From contig DASSOZ010000029.1 of assembly GCA_035700105.1 (NCBI GenBank), positions 13,605 to 77,604 of the forward strand: DNA of 64,000 bases, given 5' to 3'. Numbering within the stretch: the first letter of the stretch is position 1; each line of letters begins with the position of its first letter. Origin of the DNA: Acidimicrobiales bacterium. Lineage in GTDB: Bacteria > Actinomycetota > Acidimicrobiia > Acidimicrobiales > DASSOZ01. Below the pieces are notes generated by a model. It searched no databases. It saw only the letters and a list, made by a program, of their open reading frames with translations, and was not told the origin of the DNA. The translations under genes were made by a program, and so were the position numbers. Positions 25,435-34,080 of the stretch are shown one piece after another.

Positions 25435-25452
25435 GCTGACGCTAGCGTCAGG
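25435..25452. promoter_or_regulatory. 18-bp palindrome GCTGAC-GCTAGC-GTCAGG containing two divergent TAGCGT -10-like boxes
   Basis: Fills the centre of a 28-bp gap between the divergent ACAD starts at 25429 and 25458. TAGCGT occupies 25443-25448 on the plus strand and 25444-25439 on the minus strand, each 9 nt from its ATG. Confidence 0.65.
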
Positions 25453-25457
25453 GTCGT

Positions 25458-26573
25458 ATGGACTTCACGTTCTCGCCGGAGCAGGAGGACCTCCGCGCCG
25501 CCGTCCGTCAGACGCTCGAGCGAGAGGCGGGTCCTGCCTACGTGCGCCGCATGATGGACGACGATCGCGGTGTCGACGAGGGCCTGTGGCGGACGTTCGC
25601 CGACCTCGGTTGGCTCGGTGTGCTCGTACCCGCCGAACACGGCGGACTCGGGCTCGGTCTCGTCGACGCCGTGGTGGTGCAGCAGGAGATGGGACGGCTG
25701 CCGCTGCCCGGTCCGTACTTCTCGTCGGCCGTGCTCGCCACACTGGCGGCTCGCGCGCTGGGCGCCGACGCGTTGCTGGGGGGCCTCGCGTCAGGCGCCC
25801 GCCGCGGGACGCTCGCGGTGGAGGAATGGGGGAGCGGCGACCCGCTCGACGCCGTGGCCACGACGGCGACGCGTTCGTCGTCGGGCGACACATGGGTCCT
25901 GGACGGCCTCAAGCCCCTCGTCCTGGACGCGCACGTCGCCGACTGGGCGATCGTCGTCGCCCGCGACACGTCCGTCGACGGCGACGGCGGGCTCGCCGGG
26001 TTCCTCGTGGAGTCACCGGCGGCGCATGCGACCGTCGTTCCCGCGCTCGACGTCACCCGCAAGACGTGCCGGCTCGAGCTCGACGGTGTGACGGCGACGC
26101 GCCTCGGTCCGCCGGGCGACCAGCGCGCGCTGTGGCGCCGCGTGCTCGACGATGCAGCGATCGCGCTGTGCGCGGAGACACTCGGCGCGTGCGAGGCGGC
26201 GCAGGCGATGGCCGTCGACTACGCCACGCACCGCGTGCAGTTCGACCGCCCGATCGGGTCGTTCCAGGTCATCCGACACAAGCTCGTCGACATGCTCCAC
26301 GAGATCACGCTCGCCCAGGTCGGCGTGCACTGGGCGGCGTGGGCGTCCGACGTCGACGACCCCGAGCGGGAGCACGCGGCGGCGATGTGCAAGTCGTTCG
26401 TCGGCGCGGCGTCGGTGTTCGTCACGGCCGAGAACATCCAGGTGCACGGCGGCGTCGGATTCACATGGGACGTCGACGCCCACCTCTACTACCGGCGCGT
26501 GAAGCAGAACGACGCGCTCCTCGGTCCGACCGGCTGGCAGCGGGCGCGTCTCGCCGACCTCGTTCTTGACTAG
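25458..26573 (+). CDS. acyl-CoA dehydrogenase family protein
   Basis: 371 aa with MDFTFSPEQEDLR and YATHRVQFDRPIGSFQVIRHKL. The C-terminal-domain pattern includes IQVHGGVGFTWD. Confidence 0.85.
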   Translation: MDFTFSPEQEDLRAAVRQTLEREAGPAYVRRMMDDDRGVDEGLWRTFADLGWLGVLVPAEHGGLGLGLVDAVVVQQEMGRLPLPGPYFSSAVLATLAARALGADALLGGLASGARRGTLAVEEWGSGDPLDAVATTATRSSSGDTWVLDGLKPLVLDAHVADWAIVVARDTSVDGDGGLAGFLVESPAAHATVVPALDVTRKTCRLELDGVTATRLGPPGDQRALWRRVLDDAAIALCAETLGACEAAQAMAVDYATHRVQFDRPIGSFQVIRHKLVDMLHEITLAQVGVHWAAWASDVDDPEREHAAAMCKSFVGAASVFVTAENIQVHGGVGFTWDVDAHLYYRRVKQNDALLGPTGWQRARLADLVLD

Positions 26574-26612
26574 CTCCGTACGCTGACCCCTGCAGGGAAC
26601 AAGGGGGGCGAC

Positions 26613-27779
26613 ATGGGGACGAACCACCTTCTCGACGCGGCGCGCAAGCTCGCGCCGGAGCTGAGCGAGCGGGCGCTCGAGGCGGAGCAGCAGCGCACGC
26701 TGCCGATCGATCTGGTCGACCGGGCGCGGGGGGCCGGCCTGTTCCACCTGGCGATGCCCGCGGCGCTCGGCGGCCACGAGAGCGACCCGATCACGATCTT
26801 CGAGGTGATCGAGGAGCTGTCCCGCGCCGACGGGTCGGCCGGCTGGACGGTCTTCATCGGCAACTCGACGGCGTTCGTCGCCTGGCTCGAACCGGAGGTC
26901 GCCAAGGAGATCGTCGCGTCGCGCCCCGACTTCATCACGACCGGCGTCTTCGCGCCGACCGGCACGGCGCGGCCGTCCGGCGACAGCGACGGCGCCTACG
27001 TCGTCGACGGCCGGTGGACGTTCAACAGCGGCTGCCCGCACGCCGACTGGTTCATGAACGGCGTCGTCGTCATGGACGGCGACGCGCCGCGCATGGTCGG
27101 TGACCGACCCGACTGGCGGTTCGCGTTCTACCCGGCGTCCGACGGCGAGATCATCGACACGTGGCACGTCGCCGGCCTGCGCGGGACCGGCAGCCACGAC
27201 ACGACCGCAGCCGGTGTTCGCGTGCCGATCGAGCGGACGATCGCCCCGTTCTTCGAGCCCGCGAAGTTCGACGGGCCGCTGTACCGCGTGCCGTTCGCGT
27301 CGATGCTCACGACGTTCCTCGCGGCGTTCCCGCTCGGCGTCGCCCGTCGCGCGCTCGACGAGTTCGCGGCACTGTCGCTGACGAAGGCGCGCATCGCCGG
27401 GCCCGGTGCCGTCATGGCGGAGGACGAGGCGGTGCAGGTCGAGCTGGCGCGCGCCGAGGCGACGGTCCGATCGGCTCGCGCGTACGTGATCGACGCCCTC
27501 GGCGACGCGTACGACACTGCTGTCGCCGGTGGCGAGGTGTCGATGCAGCAGCGTGCGGCGACCCTGATGGCGACCATGCACGCCGCACGGTCGGCCCGGA
27601 CCGCGACAGATTCCGTCTTCGCCATGAGCGGCGGAGGGGCGCTCTACGACTCGAGCCCGCTGCAGCGCTGCATGCGGGATCTCGTCGCCGGGACGCAGCA
27701 CCTCTTCTACAACATCAACCGGTGGAAGACGATCGCCCGCGTCCAGCTCGGGATGGACCCGGCGACGTTCATGATCTGA
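26613..27779 (+). CDS. acyl-CoA dehydrogenase type-2 / flavin-dependent monooxygenase-like protein (HsaA/DszC-like)
   Basis: 388 aa with LPIDLVDRARGAGLFHLAMPAALGG, SRADGSAGWTV and WTFNSGCPHADWF. SD AAGGGGGG lies upstream of the ATG. Confidence 0.7.
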   Translation: MGTNHLLDAARKLAPELSERALEAEQQRTLPIDLVDRARGAGLFHLAMPAALGGHESDPITIFEVIEELSRADGSAGWTVFIGNSTAFVAWLEPEVAKEIVASRPDFITTGVFAPTGTARPSGDSDGAYVVDGRWTFNSGCPHADWFMNGVVVMDGDAPRMVGDRPDWRFAFYPASDGEIIDTWHVAGLRGTGSHDTTAAGVRVPIERTIAPFFEPAKFDGPLYRVPFASMLTTFLAAFPLGVARRALDEFAALSLTKARIAGPGAVMAEDEAVQVELARAEATVRSARAYVIDALGDAYDTAVAGGEVSMQQRAATLMATMHAARSARTATDSVFAMSGGGALYDSSPLQRCMRDLVAGTQHLFYNINRWKTIARVQLGMDPATFMI

Positions 27780-27783
27780 TCCG

Positions 27784-28158
27784 TCACTGGGTGTCGGTCC
27801 CGAACCCGGGCAGCGTCGCGTCGGGTCCGAGGCAGGACTTCAGTTGCGCCTCGATGCGCTGGCGGGCGTCGGTGCCGGTGCGCGTCGGCGACGAGACGAT
27901 GGCGACGAGCGCCTCGCTGCAGTCGGCGTCGTGCGCGGTGTCGCGGGCGATCGAGCGGAGTTGGACGGCGAGGGCGACGATCGCGATCGCGGCGACGACG
28001 GCGAGAGCGACGAGGAACCGGTCACGCACCGTCGTCGGGTGCCCGCTCGTCGGTGCCGCCGTCGTCGCGCCAGCGGCGTCTCCGGCGCGTGGTGGCGGGG
28101 CGAGCGGCGGACCGCCGGCCAGCGGGATCGGCTCGAGGTCGTCGTCGGCGTTCCGCAC
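27784..28158 (-). CDS. hypothetical single-pass membrane protein
   Basis: 124 aa with a Pro/Ala-rich N-terminus, TM segment FLVALAVVAAIAIVALAV, and 2 Cys in the C-terminal part. Confidence 0.4.
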   Translation of the reverse strand: MRNADDDLEPIPLAGGPPLAPPPRAGDAAGATTAAPTSGHPTTVRDRFLVALAVVAAIAIVALAVQLRSIARDTAHDADCSEALVAIVSSPTRTGTDARQRIEAQLKSCLGPDATLPGFGTDTQ

Positions 28159-28199
28159 GGCAGCGAACCCTACGGGCGCCGCGTCCGTAACAACGGAAC

Positions 28200-28472
28200 A
28201 TGACGATCAACGTGCGTTCACTCCGCCGTCTCGCCGCCGCCGGGGCCGTCGCTGCCGGGGTCCTGGTCCCCGCCGCCCCGGCGTTCGCCTTCCACCACAC
28301 GTTCGTGCCCGCGTCGGACTGCGGCCAGAGCGACTTCGCCGGCGGGTTCAACCCGACCGCCGTCGCCGCCCTGCGCGCCAGCGGGAACCACACGCTTCCT
28401 CTGCCGCCGGCCGGCACGCCTTCCAACGCCGACGAGACCCCGGCGCCGGGCAACTGCGCGCTCGGCGACTAG
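28200..28472 (+). CDS. hypothetical small secreted protein (90 aa)
   Basis: Signal peptide MTINVRSLRRLAAAGAVAAGVLVPAAPAFA. The mature part has 2 Cys. No family recognised. Confidence 0.45.
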   Translation: MTINVRSLRRLAAAGAVAAGVLVPAAPAFAFHHTFVPASDCGQSDFAGGFNPTAVAALRASGNHTLPLPPAGTPSNADETPAPGNCALGD

Positions 28473-28493
28473 GTGTAGCCGGCCCCAGGGCTC

Positions 28494-28628
28494 TCAGGGT
28501 GATGCCGTAGACCCACCGCAGCGGTGGTCTGCGGCATCACCCTCGATGAAGGCGCCGCACTCGTCGCAGACGCGGTCGAGCCAGCAGGCGGGGTCGCCGC
28601 CTTCGTCGACGGGCTCGTCGGTCGTCAC
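28494..28628 (-). CDS. hypothetical 44-aa Cys-rich (zinc-ribbon-like) peptide
   Basis: The GTG start overlaps the upstream ACAD-like stop (GTGA). Sequence VTTDEPVDEGGDPACWLDRVCDECGAFIEGDAADHRCGGSTASP. Its last 16 codons lie inside hairpin repeat family 2. Confidence 0.35.
   Translation of the reverse strand: MTTDEPVDEGGDPACWLDRVCDECGAFIEGDAADHRCGGSTASP
28496..28543. repeat. 48-nt palindromic hairpin repeat, family 2 copy A
   Basis: AGGGTGATGCCGTAGACC-CACCGCAGCGGT-GGTCTGCGGCATCACCCT: 18-nt arms with 1 G-U-type mismatch. Same architecture and a GATGCCGT.GACC core as 41277..41324. Confidence 0.75.
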
Positions 28629-29503
28629 GCGAACAGCATCTCGCCGAGGCGGTCGTGGTGCCACTTCGACGAACCGGCGAGGAACTCGCTCGTGTACGCC
28701 CGGCGGATGAACAGGTGCAGGTCGTGCTCCCACGTGAAGCCGATCCCACCGTGGATCTGGACCGCGTCCTTGGCCGCCCGCCGCGCCGCGACGCCGGCCG
28801 CCGCCTTGGCCACGTGCGCGGCCCGGGCCGCGTCGGGGTCGCCGGCGTCGACGCACATGGCCGCGTAGAACACCGCCGCCTCGGCGCGCTCGCGGTCGAG
28901 TGCGACGTCGGCGAGCTTGTGCTGCACCGCCTGGAACGACCCGATCGGCCGGTCGAACTGCACGCGCTCGCGGGCGTACGACACGGTCATCTCCAGCAGC
29001 GTGCGGACGGTGCCCATCAGCTCCGCGGCGACCAGCACGTACGCGCGCGTCGCCAGGTCGCCCTCGCCCCGCTCGGCGCCGTCGACGTCGAACAGCCGGC
29101 GCGACGAGTCGACGACGTCGACGGGCCGCGCGGTCACGGACGACGCGTCGACGACGCGGCCGTCGGCGAACAAAACACGCTCCACGAGGTCGACGTCGGG
29201 CACCAGCGAACCGGCCAGCGCCAGCGTCCCGAGCGCGTCGTACCGGGTCACCGGCGCGGCGAGCGCGTCGGCCAGGAACGGTCCGGGCGCGCACACCGCA
29301 CCGAGCTCGACGAGCACGAGGCACGTGTCGACGACGGATGTGCGCGACACCTCGGTCCACGACGACAGGTGCGACCACAGCGACTCGTGTGCCGACCGGT
29401 CGGTCATGTGCGCCCGGACGAGCGACGTCGGGCACTCGCGCGCCAGCAGCGAGCGCATGGCGGCGACCATCGCGGCCTGCTCGTCGGAGAGTGTGAAGTC
29501 CAC
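28625..29503 (-). CDS. acyl-CoA dehydrogenase-like protein, short form (possible non-catalytic/beta partner)
   Basis: 292 aa with MDFTLSDEQAAMV, YARERVQFDRPIGSFQAVQHKL and IQIHGGIGFTWE. The N-terminal and middle domains are truncated relative to canonical ~380-aa ACADs. Confidence 0.75.
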   Translation of the reverse strand: MDFTLSDEQAAMVAAMRSLLARECPTSLVRAHMTDRSAHESLWSHLSSWTEVSRTSVVDTCLVLVELGAVCAPGPFLADALAAPVTRYDALGTLALAGSLVPDVDLVERVLFADGRVVDASSVTARPVDVVDSSRRLFDVDGAERGEGDLATRAYVLVAAELMGTVRTLLEMTVSYARERVQFDRPIGSFQAVQHKLADVALDRERAEAAVFYAAMCVDAGDPDAARAAHVAKAAAGVAARRAAKDAVQIHGGIGFTWEHDLHLFIRRAYTSEFLAGSSKWHHDRLGEMLFA

Positions 29504-29507
29504 GGGC

Positions 29508-30662
29508 TCAGTCCCGCCCGAGCAGCAAGGTCGACGCCGACGAGAACCAGCCGCCGGTCCCGTTCACGCACGCCACCCGTGCATCGGGCACCTGGCGCTC
29601 GCCGCACTCGCCGCGCAGCTGCCGCGCGGCCTCGACGAGCAGGAACATCCCGCGCATGCCGGGGTGGCAGTGCGACAGCCCGCCGCCATCGGTGTTCGTC
29701 GGCAGCGCGCCGCCGACGCGCAGACGACCGTCGGCGACGAACGGTCCGCCCTCGCCCTTCTTGCAGAAACCCAGCCCCTCGACGGTCAACAGGAGCATCG
29801 ACGTGAAGGCGTCGTACAGCTCGCACACGTCGACGTCGTCGGGCGTCAAGCCGGCCCGCTCGAACGCCAGCCGTCCCGACCGCTCGCACGGCGACGACGT
29901 GAAGTCGTGCCACTCGCTCATCGTGACGTGCGACACCGCCTCGCCGGACCCGAGCACCCACACCGGCGCCTTGGCGCAGTCGACCGCACGGTCGGCCGAG
30001 GTCAGCACGACCGCACCGCCGCCGTCGGAGCGCAGGCAGCACTGCAGCTTCGTGAACGGGTCGGCCATCATCCGCGACGACAGCACGTCGTCGATGGTGA
30101 TCGGGTCGCGGTAGAACGCGTCCGGGTTGCGCGACGCGTTGTAGCGGGCGGACACAGCGATCTCGGCGAGCTGCTCGATCGTCGTGCCGAACTCGTGCAT
30201 GTGCCGGCGCGCCGTCATCGCGTACTTCGAGATGAGCGTGTGCCCCCACGGCGCGTCGAACTGCGACGGGCCCTTGTTGGAGTACGCGAGGTTCGCGGTG
30301 CGGTAGCGGCGCTTGAGGTCTGCACGCGCCGTCGAGCCGTACGCCAACACCACGACGTCCGTCAGGCCCGCCGCGATCGCGGCGAGGGCGTGCTCGACGT
30401 AGAACTCCCACGACGCGCCGCCGACCTGCGTCGAGTCGACCCAGTTCAGTTGCGGCGACAGGCCCATGTACTCGGCGATGTCGACCGGCAGGAACGTGCC
30501 CGCGCCACACGACATGAAGCCGGTGACGTCGTCCTTCGTGAGCCCGGCGTCGGCCAGCGCCCGCACGGTGGCCTGGTGGCACAGCTCGTAGTCGGTCCGG
30601 TCGTCGACGCGCCCGATGTCACTCAGCGCCGCACCGACGATGGCGACGCGTCGCTCGGTCAC
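29508..30662 (-). CDS. SCP-x/Ltp-type thiolase (lipid-transfer protein family)
   Basis: 384 aa with VAIVGAALSDIGR, RRHMHEFGTTIEQLA, LQCCLRSDGGGAVVL, YDAFT and TDGGGLSHCHPG. Confidence 0.85.
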   Translation of the reverse strand: MTERRVAIVGAALSDIGRVDDRTDYELCHQATVRALADAGLTKDDVTGFMSCGAGTFLPVDIAEYMGLSPQLNWVDSTQVGGASWEFYVEHALAAIAAGLTDVVVLAYGSTARADLKRRYRTANLAYSNKGPSQFDAPWGHTLISKYAMTARRHMHEFGTTIEQLAEIAVSARYNASRNPDAFYRDPITIDDVLSSRMMADPFTKLQCCLRSDGGGAVVLTSADRAVDCAKAPVWVLGSGEAVSHVTMSEWHDFTSSPCERSGRLAFERAGLTPDDVDVCELYDAFTSMLLLTVEGLGFCKKGEGGPFVADGRLRVGGALPTNTDGGGLSHCHPGMRGMFLLVEAARQLRGECGERQVPDARVACVNGTGGWFSSASTLLLGRD

Positions 30663-30675
30663 GTGGACGCGCCCC

Positions 30676-31818
30676 TCACGCGCCCCTCGGGAGCCCGAGG
30701 ACCCGCTCGGCGATGATGTTGCGCTGGATCTCCGACGTGCCGCCGGCGATCGTCGAGGCGAAGCTGACGAAGAAGCTGTGCGACCAGCGGCCGGACTCGG
30801 CGCCGTGGGGACCGAGCAGGTCCATGCCCAGCTCGAAGAGCTCCTTGCCGAGCTCGGACGTCGCCAGCTTCAGGTACGACTCGCTCGCACCGCCGCGGTA
30901 GCCGAGCGCCCGCAGCGACCGCACCCGCTCGTCCATCTCGCCGAGCTGACGCCGTACCACCGCGTCACCGGAGAGGCCACGCGAACGCGCGAGCGCGCAC
31001 AGGTCGGCGAACGCGTGCTCGCACGTCGCGACGCCCTGCACCCAGAGGCCGCCGCGCTCGTGGGCGAGCGATCCCATCGTGATCCGCCACCCGGCGTTCA
31101 GCTCACCGACGAGGTTCGTCACCGGCACCGACACGTCGTCGAAGAACACCTCGGCGAACTCGGCGGCGCCGGTGATGTGGCGCAGCGGGCGGACGTCGAT
31201 GCCCGGCGCGTCCATGTCGACGATCAGCACGGAGATGCCGCGGTGCTTCGGCACCTCCGCCGAGATCGGGGTCGTGCGGACGTAGCAGAAGCACGTGTCG
31301 GCGACGGTGGCGTACGACGTCCACACCTTCTGGCCGTTGACGACGAACCGGTCGCCGTCGAGCACGGCACGCGTCGACAGCGAGGCGAGGTCGGACCCCG
31401 CGCCCGGCTCGCTCATCCCGACGCACCACACGGTGTCGCCTCGGATCGCCGCCGGGGCGAGGGCCTTCTGCGCGTCGGTGCCGTACTCGAGCAGCGACGG
31501 GCCCACGATGGCGTACCCGGGGAAGTGCACCGACCGCGGTATGCCGCGCGCCGCGAGCTCCTCCATGTAGACGAGCGTCTGCACCGGCGTGGCGTTGCGC
31601 CCGCCGAGCTCGGGCGGATAGCCCGGCACCATCCACCCGTGGTCGAACAGCGTCGCCTGCCACTCGCGCGCCCACGCGGGCAGCAGGTCGCCGCCGTCGT
31701 CGGCCTCGGCCGTCACCCAGTCGCGACCGGTCTTCGCCTCCGGTGGCGCGTGGGCCTCGAGGAACGCGACGAGCTCGGCTCGGAACGCGTCTTCCTCGGG
31801 GCCCCACGCCAACCGCAT
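30676..31818 (-). CDS. acyl-CoA dehydrogenase
   Basis: 380 aa with WCVGMSEPGAGSDLASL, WTSYATVADT and IAGGTSEIQRNIIAERVLGLP. Confidence 0.9.
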   Translation of the reverse strand: MRLAWGPEEDAFRAELVAFLEAHAPPEAKTGRDWVTAEADDGGDLLPAWAREWQATLFDHGWMVPGYPPELGGRNATPVQTLVYMEELAARGIPRSVHFPGYAIVGPSLLEYGTDAQKALAPAAIRGDTVWCVGMSEPGAGSDLASLSTRAVLDGDRFVVNGQKVWTSYATVADTCFCYVRTTPISAEVPKHRGISVLIVDMDAPGIDVRPLRHITGAAEFAEVFFDDVSVPVTNLVGELNAGWRITMGSLAHERGGLWVQGVATCEHAFADLCALARSRGLSGDAVVRRQLGEMDERVRSLRALGYRGGASESYLKLATSELGKELFELGMDLLGPHGAESGRWSHSFFVSFASTIAGGTSEIQRNIIAERVLGLPRGA

Positions 31819-31821
31819 CGA

Positions 31822-32733
31822 CTACTGGCTGATGATGAACGGCGGGACGCCCGGCTGCTCTTCGGCGAACAGCGCGTCCTTCTGCTTGGCGATGTCGTCG
31901 ACGGTCCACGGGATGAGGTCGCTGCGGATCGGCTCGAGCGGGCGCCAGCCGCGCACCACCTGGGCGATGCCGCCGGCGACCTTGATGACCTGGCCGCTGA
32001 CGCCCTCGGACAGGTCCGACGCCAGCCAGCACACCATGGCCGCCACGTTCTCCGGCGCCAATCGCTCCTTCTGCGCCTCGTCGAGGATCCCGCCGCCCAT
32101 GAGGTCCTCGGTCATGCGCGTCAGCGCGACCGGTGCGATGGCGTTCACCCGCACGCCGAAGCGCTCGCACTCGCGGGCCAGCACGATCGTCATCGCCGCG
32201 ATGCCCGCCTTCGCCGCCGCGTAGTTCAGCTGGCCGGCGTTGCCGTAGAGGCCCGACTCCGACGCGGTGTTGACGATCTTCGCGTTGACGGGGTTGCCGG
32301 TGTCCTTCGCCTTCTGCCGCCAGTAGGCGACGGCGAAGCGCGACGGGACGAAGTGGCCCTTCATGTGGACGTTGACGACCGAGTCCCAGTCGGCCTCGTC
32401 CATGTTGAAGCTCATCTTGTCCCGGAGGATGCCGGCGTTGTTGACGAGGATGTCGAGGGTCCCGAACGTCTCGACGGCCTGGTTGATCAGGTTCTGGCCG
32501 CCCTGCCAGTCGGCGACGTTGTCCGTGTTGGCGACCGCCTCGCCACCGTTGGCCTTGATCTCGTCCACGACCTCCTGCGCGGGGCCGGCGTCGCTGCCCT
32601 CACCGGTGCGGGCGCCGCCGAGGTCGTTGACCACGACCTTCGCGCCCTGCGCCGCCAGCTCGAGCGCCTCGGTGCGGCCGATGCCGCGACCTGCCCCGGT
32701 GACGATCGCCACCTTTCCGTCGACTGCACCCAC
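31822..32733 (-). CDS. short-chain dehydrogenase/reductase (FabG-like)
   Basis: GTG 32733 is preceded by GAGGAG. Motifs VAIVTGAGRGIGR, NNAG and YAAAKAGI. The ORF-track 476-aa entry is an upstream over-extension. Confidence 0.85.
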   Translation of the reverse strand: MGAVDGKVAIVTGAGRGIGRTEALELAAQGAKVVVNDLGGARTGEGSDAGPAQEVVDEIKANGGEAVANTDNVADWQGGQNLINQAVETFGTLDILVNNAGILRDKMSFNMDEADWDSVVNVHMKGHFVPSRFAVAYWRQKAKDTGNPVNAKIVNTASESGLYGNAGQLNYAAAKAGIAAMTIVLARECERFGVRVNAIAPVALTRMTEDLMGGGILDEAQKERLAPENVAAMVCWLASDLSEGVSGQVIKVAGGIAQVVRGWRPLEPIRSDLIPWTVDDIAKQKDALFAEEQPGVPPFIISQ

Positions 32734-32752
32734 TGTGTTCGTCTCCTCGTTT

Positions 32753-32770
32753 TCTGACGTTCGTGTCAGT
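32753..32770. promoter_or_regulatory. 18-bp palindrome TCTGAC-GTTCGT-GTCAGT (operator candidate)
   Basis: Lies in the 63-bp divergent gap between the SDR-ACAD-Ltp operon (start 32733) and the OYE-type reductase (start 32797). Confidence 0.6.
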
Positions 32771-32783
32771 CTAGAAGTGGACC

Positions 32784-32789
32784 TAGCGT
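32784..32789 (+). promoter_or_regulatory. -10-like hexamer TAGCGT, 7 nt upstream of ATG 32797 (leaderless arrangement)
   Basis: Read directly in the sequence. No SD lies in the gap. Confidence 0.45.
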
Positions 32790-32796
32790 CGGGACG

Positions 32797-34080
32797 ATGT
32801 CGCAGGTGGCAACGCCGTTGCGAATCGGCGGGACCACCGTCGTGCGGAACCGGCTGTACCGCGCACCGGTGCTCGAGGGAGCCGGGTCCGGTCCCGACGC
32901 CGCCGAGAACTACGCCAAGGCATTCGTGCCCAACGCCGAGGCCGGCGTGGGTCTGATCGTCCAGGGCAACTCGTGCCTGTTCGAGGAGGGGCGGACGTCC
33001 CCGGGCATGACGCTCGTGCACACCCGCGACCGGGTCATGGCGCTGGCGCCGATGGTGTCCGCGGTGCACGAGGCCGGCGCCGCGATCTGGCTGCAGGTCG
33101 GTCACGGCGGCCTCTACGCGATGGAGGTGTGGCACGAGCCGTACGCCTCCCGGCGGCGGGGCCCGGTCCTCGCACCGTCGCCGGTGCCGCTCGCGCTGCG
33201 CCCGTCGTTCCGCGGTGTGCCGGTCCACGTGATGACGACGGACGACGTCCACGCGATGGCGCGCAAGTACGGCGACGTCGCCGCGTGGGCGCGCGAGGCG
33301 GGCTACGACGGCATCCAGCTCGCGTCGGCGAACGCCAAGCTGCTCGATCAGTTCCTGTCGCCGTTCTACAACCGGCGCACCGACGAGTTCGGCGGGTCGG
33401 CCGAGCGGCGGGCGTCGCTGCTGCGCGTCATCCGCGACGCGATCGGCGAGCGCGCCGGGTGGGACTTCACGTGCACGGTGAAGGTCCCGGTCGAGAAGGC
33501 GCCGCCGCTCATGCCGCGCACGACGTTCGACGAGGCGATGCGCGTGTGCGAGCTCGCGCAGGAGTGGGGCTTCGACAGCGTCACGCCGGTGGAGGTGTCG
33601 GTGCTGCCGGACACGACGCTCTCGCGCGGCGGGATCCCGACGTCGGTGTGGCGCAACAAGTCGATGCGGACGCGCCTCGAGCGCGCCGCGCCGTCGCGTG
33701 TGAAGCGGGCGACGCTCGTCGCCGGCTACGTCGCCGGTGGCGCACTGGCACCGTTCCGGCCCGTGTGGAACCGCCGGCTGTTCACCGCCGCGAAGGCCCG
33801 CCTGTCGTCGATCCCCGTGCTCGCCGTCGGTGGTATTCGCACGGCCGACGAGGTGCGGTCGATCGTCGACGGGGGAGAAGCCGACCTCGTCGGTATCGGG
33901 CGACCGTTCTACGCCGAGCCCGACCTCGCCGCCCGCGTGCTCGACGGCGACCCGGGACCGCGCCTGTGCCGCAACTCCAACCTGTGCGTGCCCGCGCAGA
34001 TGCTCGGGATGAAGGGCGTGTGTTACAACCCGGAGGTCACGCGGTCGCGGGCGGGCCGATCGTCCGCTCGAGGAACCTGA
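32797..34080 (+). CDS. NADH:flavin oxidoreductase, Old-Yellow-Enzyme / 2,4-dienoyl-CoA-reductase-like TIM barrel
   Basis: 427 aa with LRIGGTTVVRNRLYRAP, WLQVGHGG, GYDGIQLASANAKLLDQFLSPFYNRRTDEFGGS and ADLVGIGRPFYAEPDL. Confidence 0.8.
   Translation: MSQVATPLRIGGTTVVRNRLYRAPVLEGAGSGPDAAENYAKAFVPNAEAGVGLIVQGNSCLFEEGRTSPGMTLVHTRDRVMALAPMVSAVHEAGAAIWLQVGHGGLYAMEVWHEPYASRRRGPVLAPSPVPLALRPSFRGVPVHVMTTDDVHAMARKYGDVAAWAREAGYDGIQLASANAKLLDQFLSPFYNRRTDEFGGSAERRASLLRVIRDAIGERAGWDFTCTVKVPVEKAPPLMPRTTFDEAMRVCELAQEWGFDSVTPVEVSVLPDTTLSRGGIPTSVWRNKSMRTRLERAAPSRVKRATLVAGYVAGGALAPFRPVWNRRLFTAAKARLSSIPVLAVGGIRTADEVRSIVDGGEADLVGIGRPFYAEPDLAARVLDGDPGPRLCRNSNLCVPAQMLGMKGVCYNPEVTRSRAGRSSARGT

Noticed and set aside
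26582-26599. GCTGAC-CCCTGC-AGGGAA upstream of the ACAD type-2 gene
   Set aside because: Only the left arm matches. The apparent symmetry comes from a different 8-bp palindrome, CCTGCAGG. It is not a copy of the motif.
34037-34080. Convergent gene overlaps (34037-34080, 35872-35998, 47088-47112, 58934-58998) as possible antisense regulation
   Set aside because: In GC-rich DNA, stop codons are rare, so 3' tails commonly run into the neighbouring gene. The overlapping tails are low-complexity. There is no additional evidence for function.
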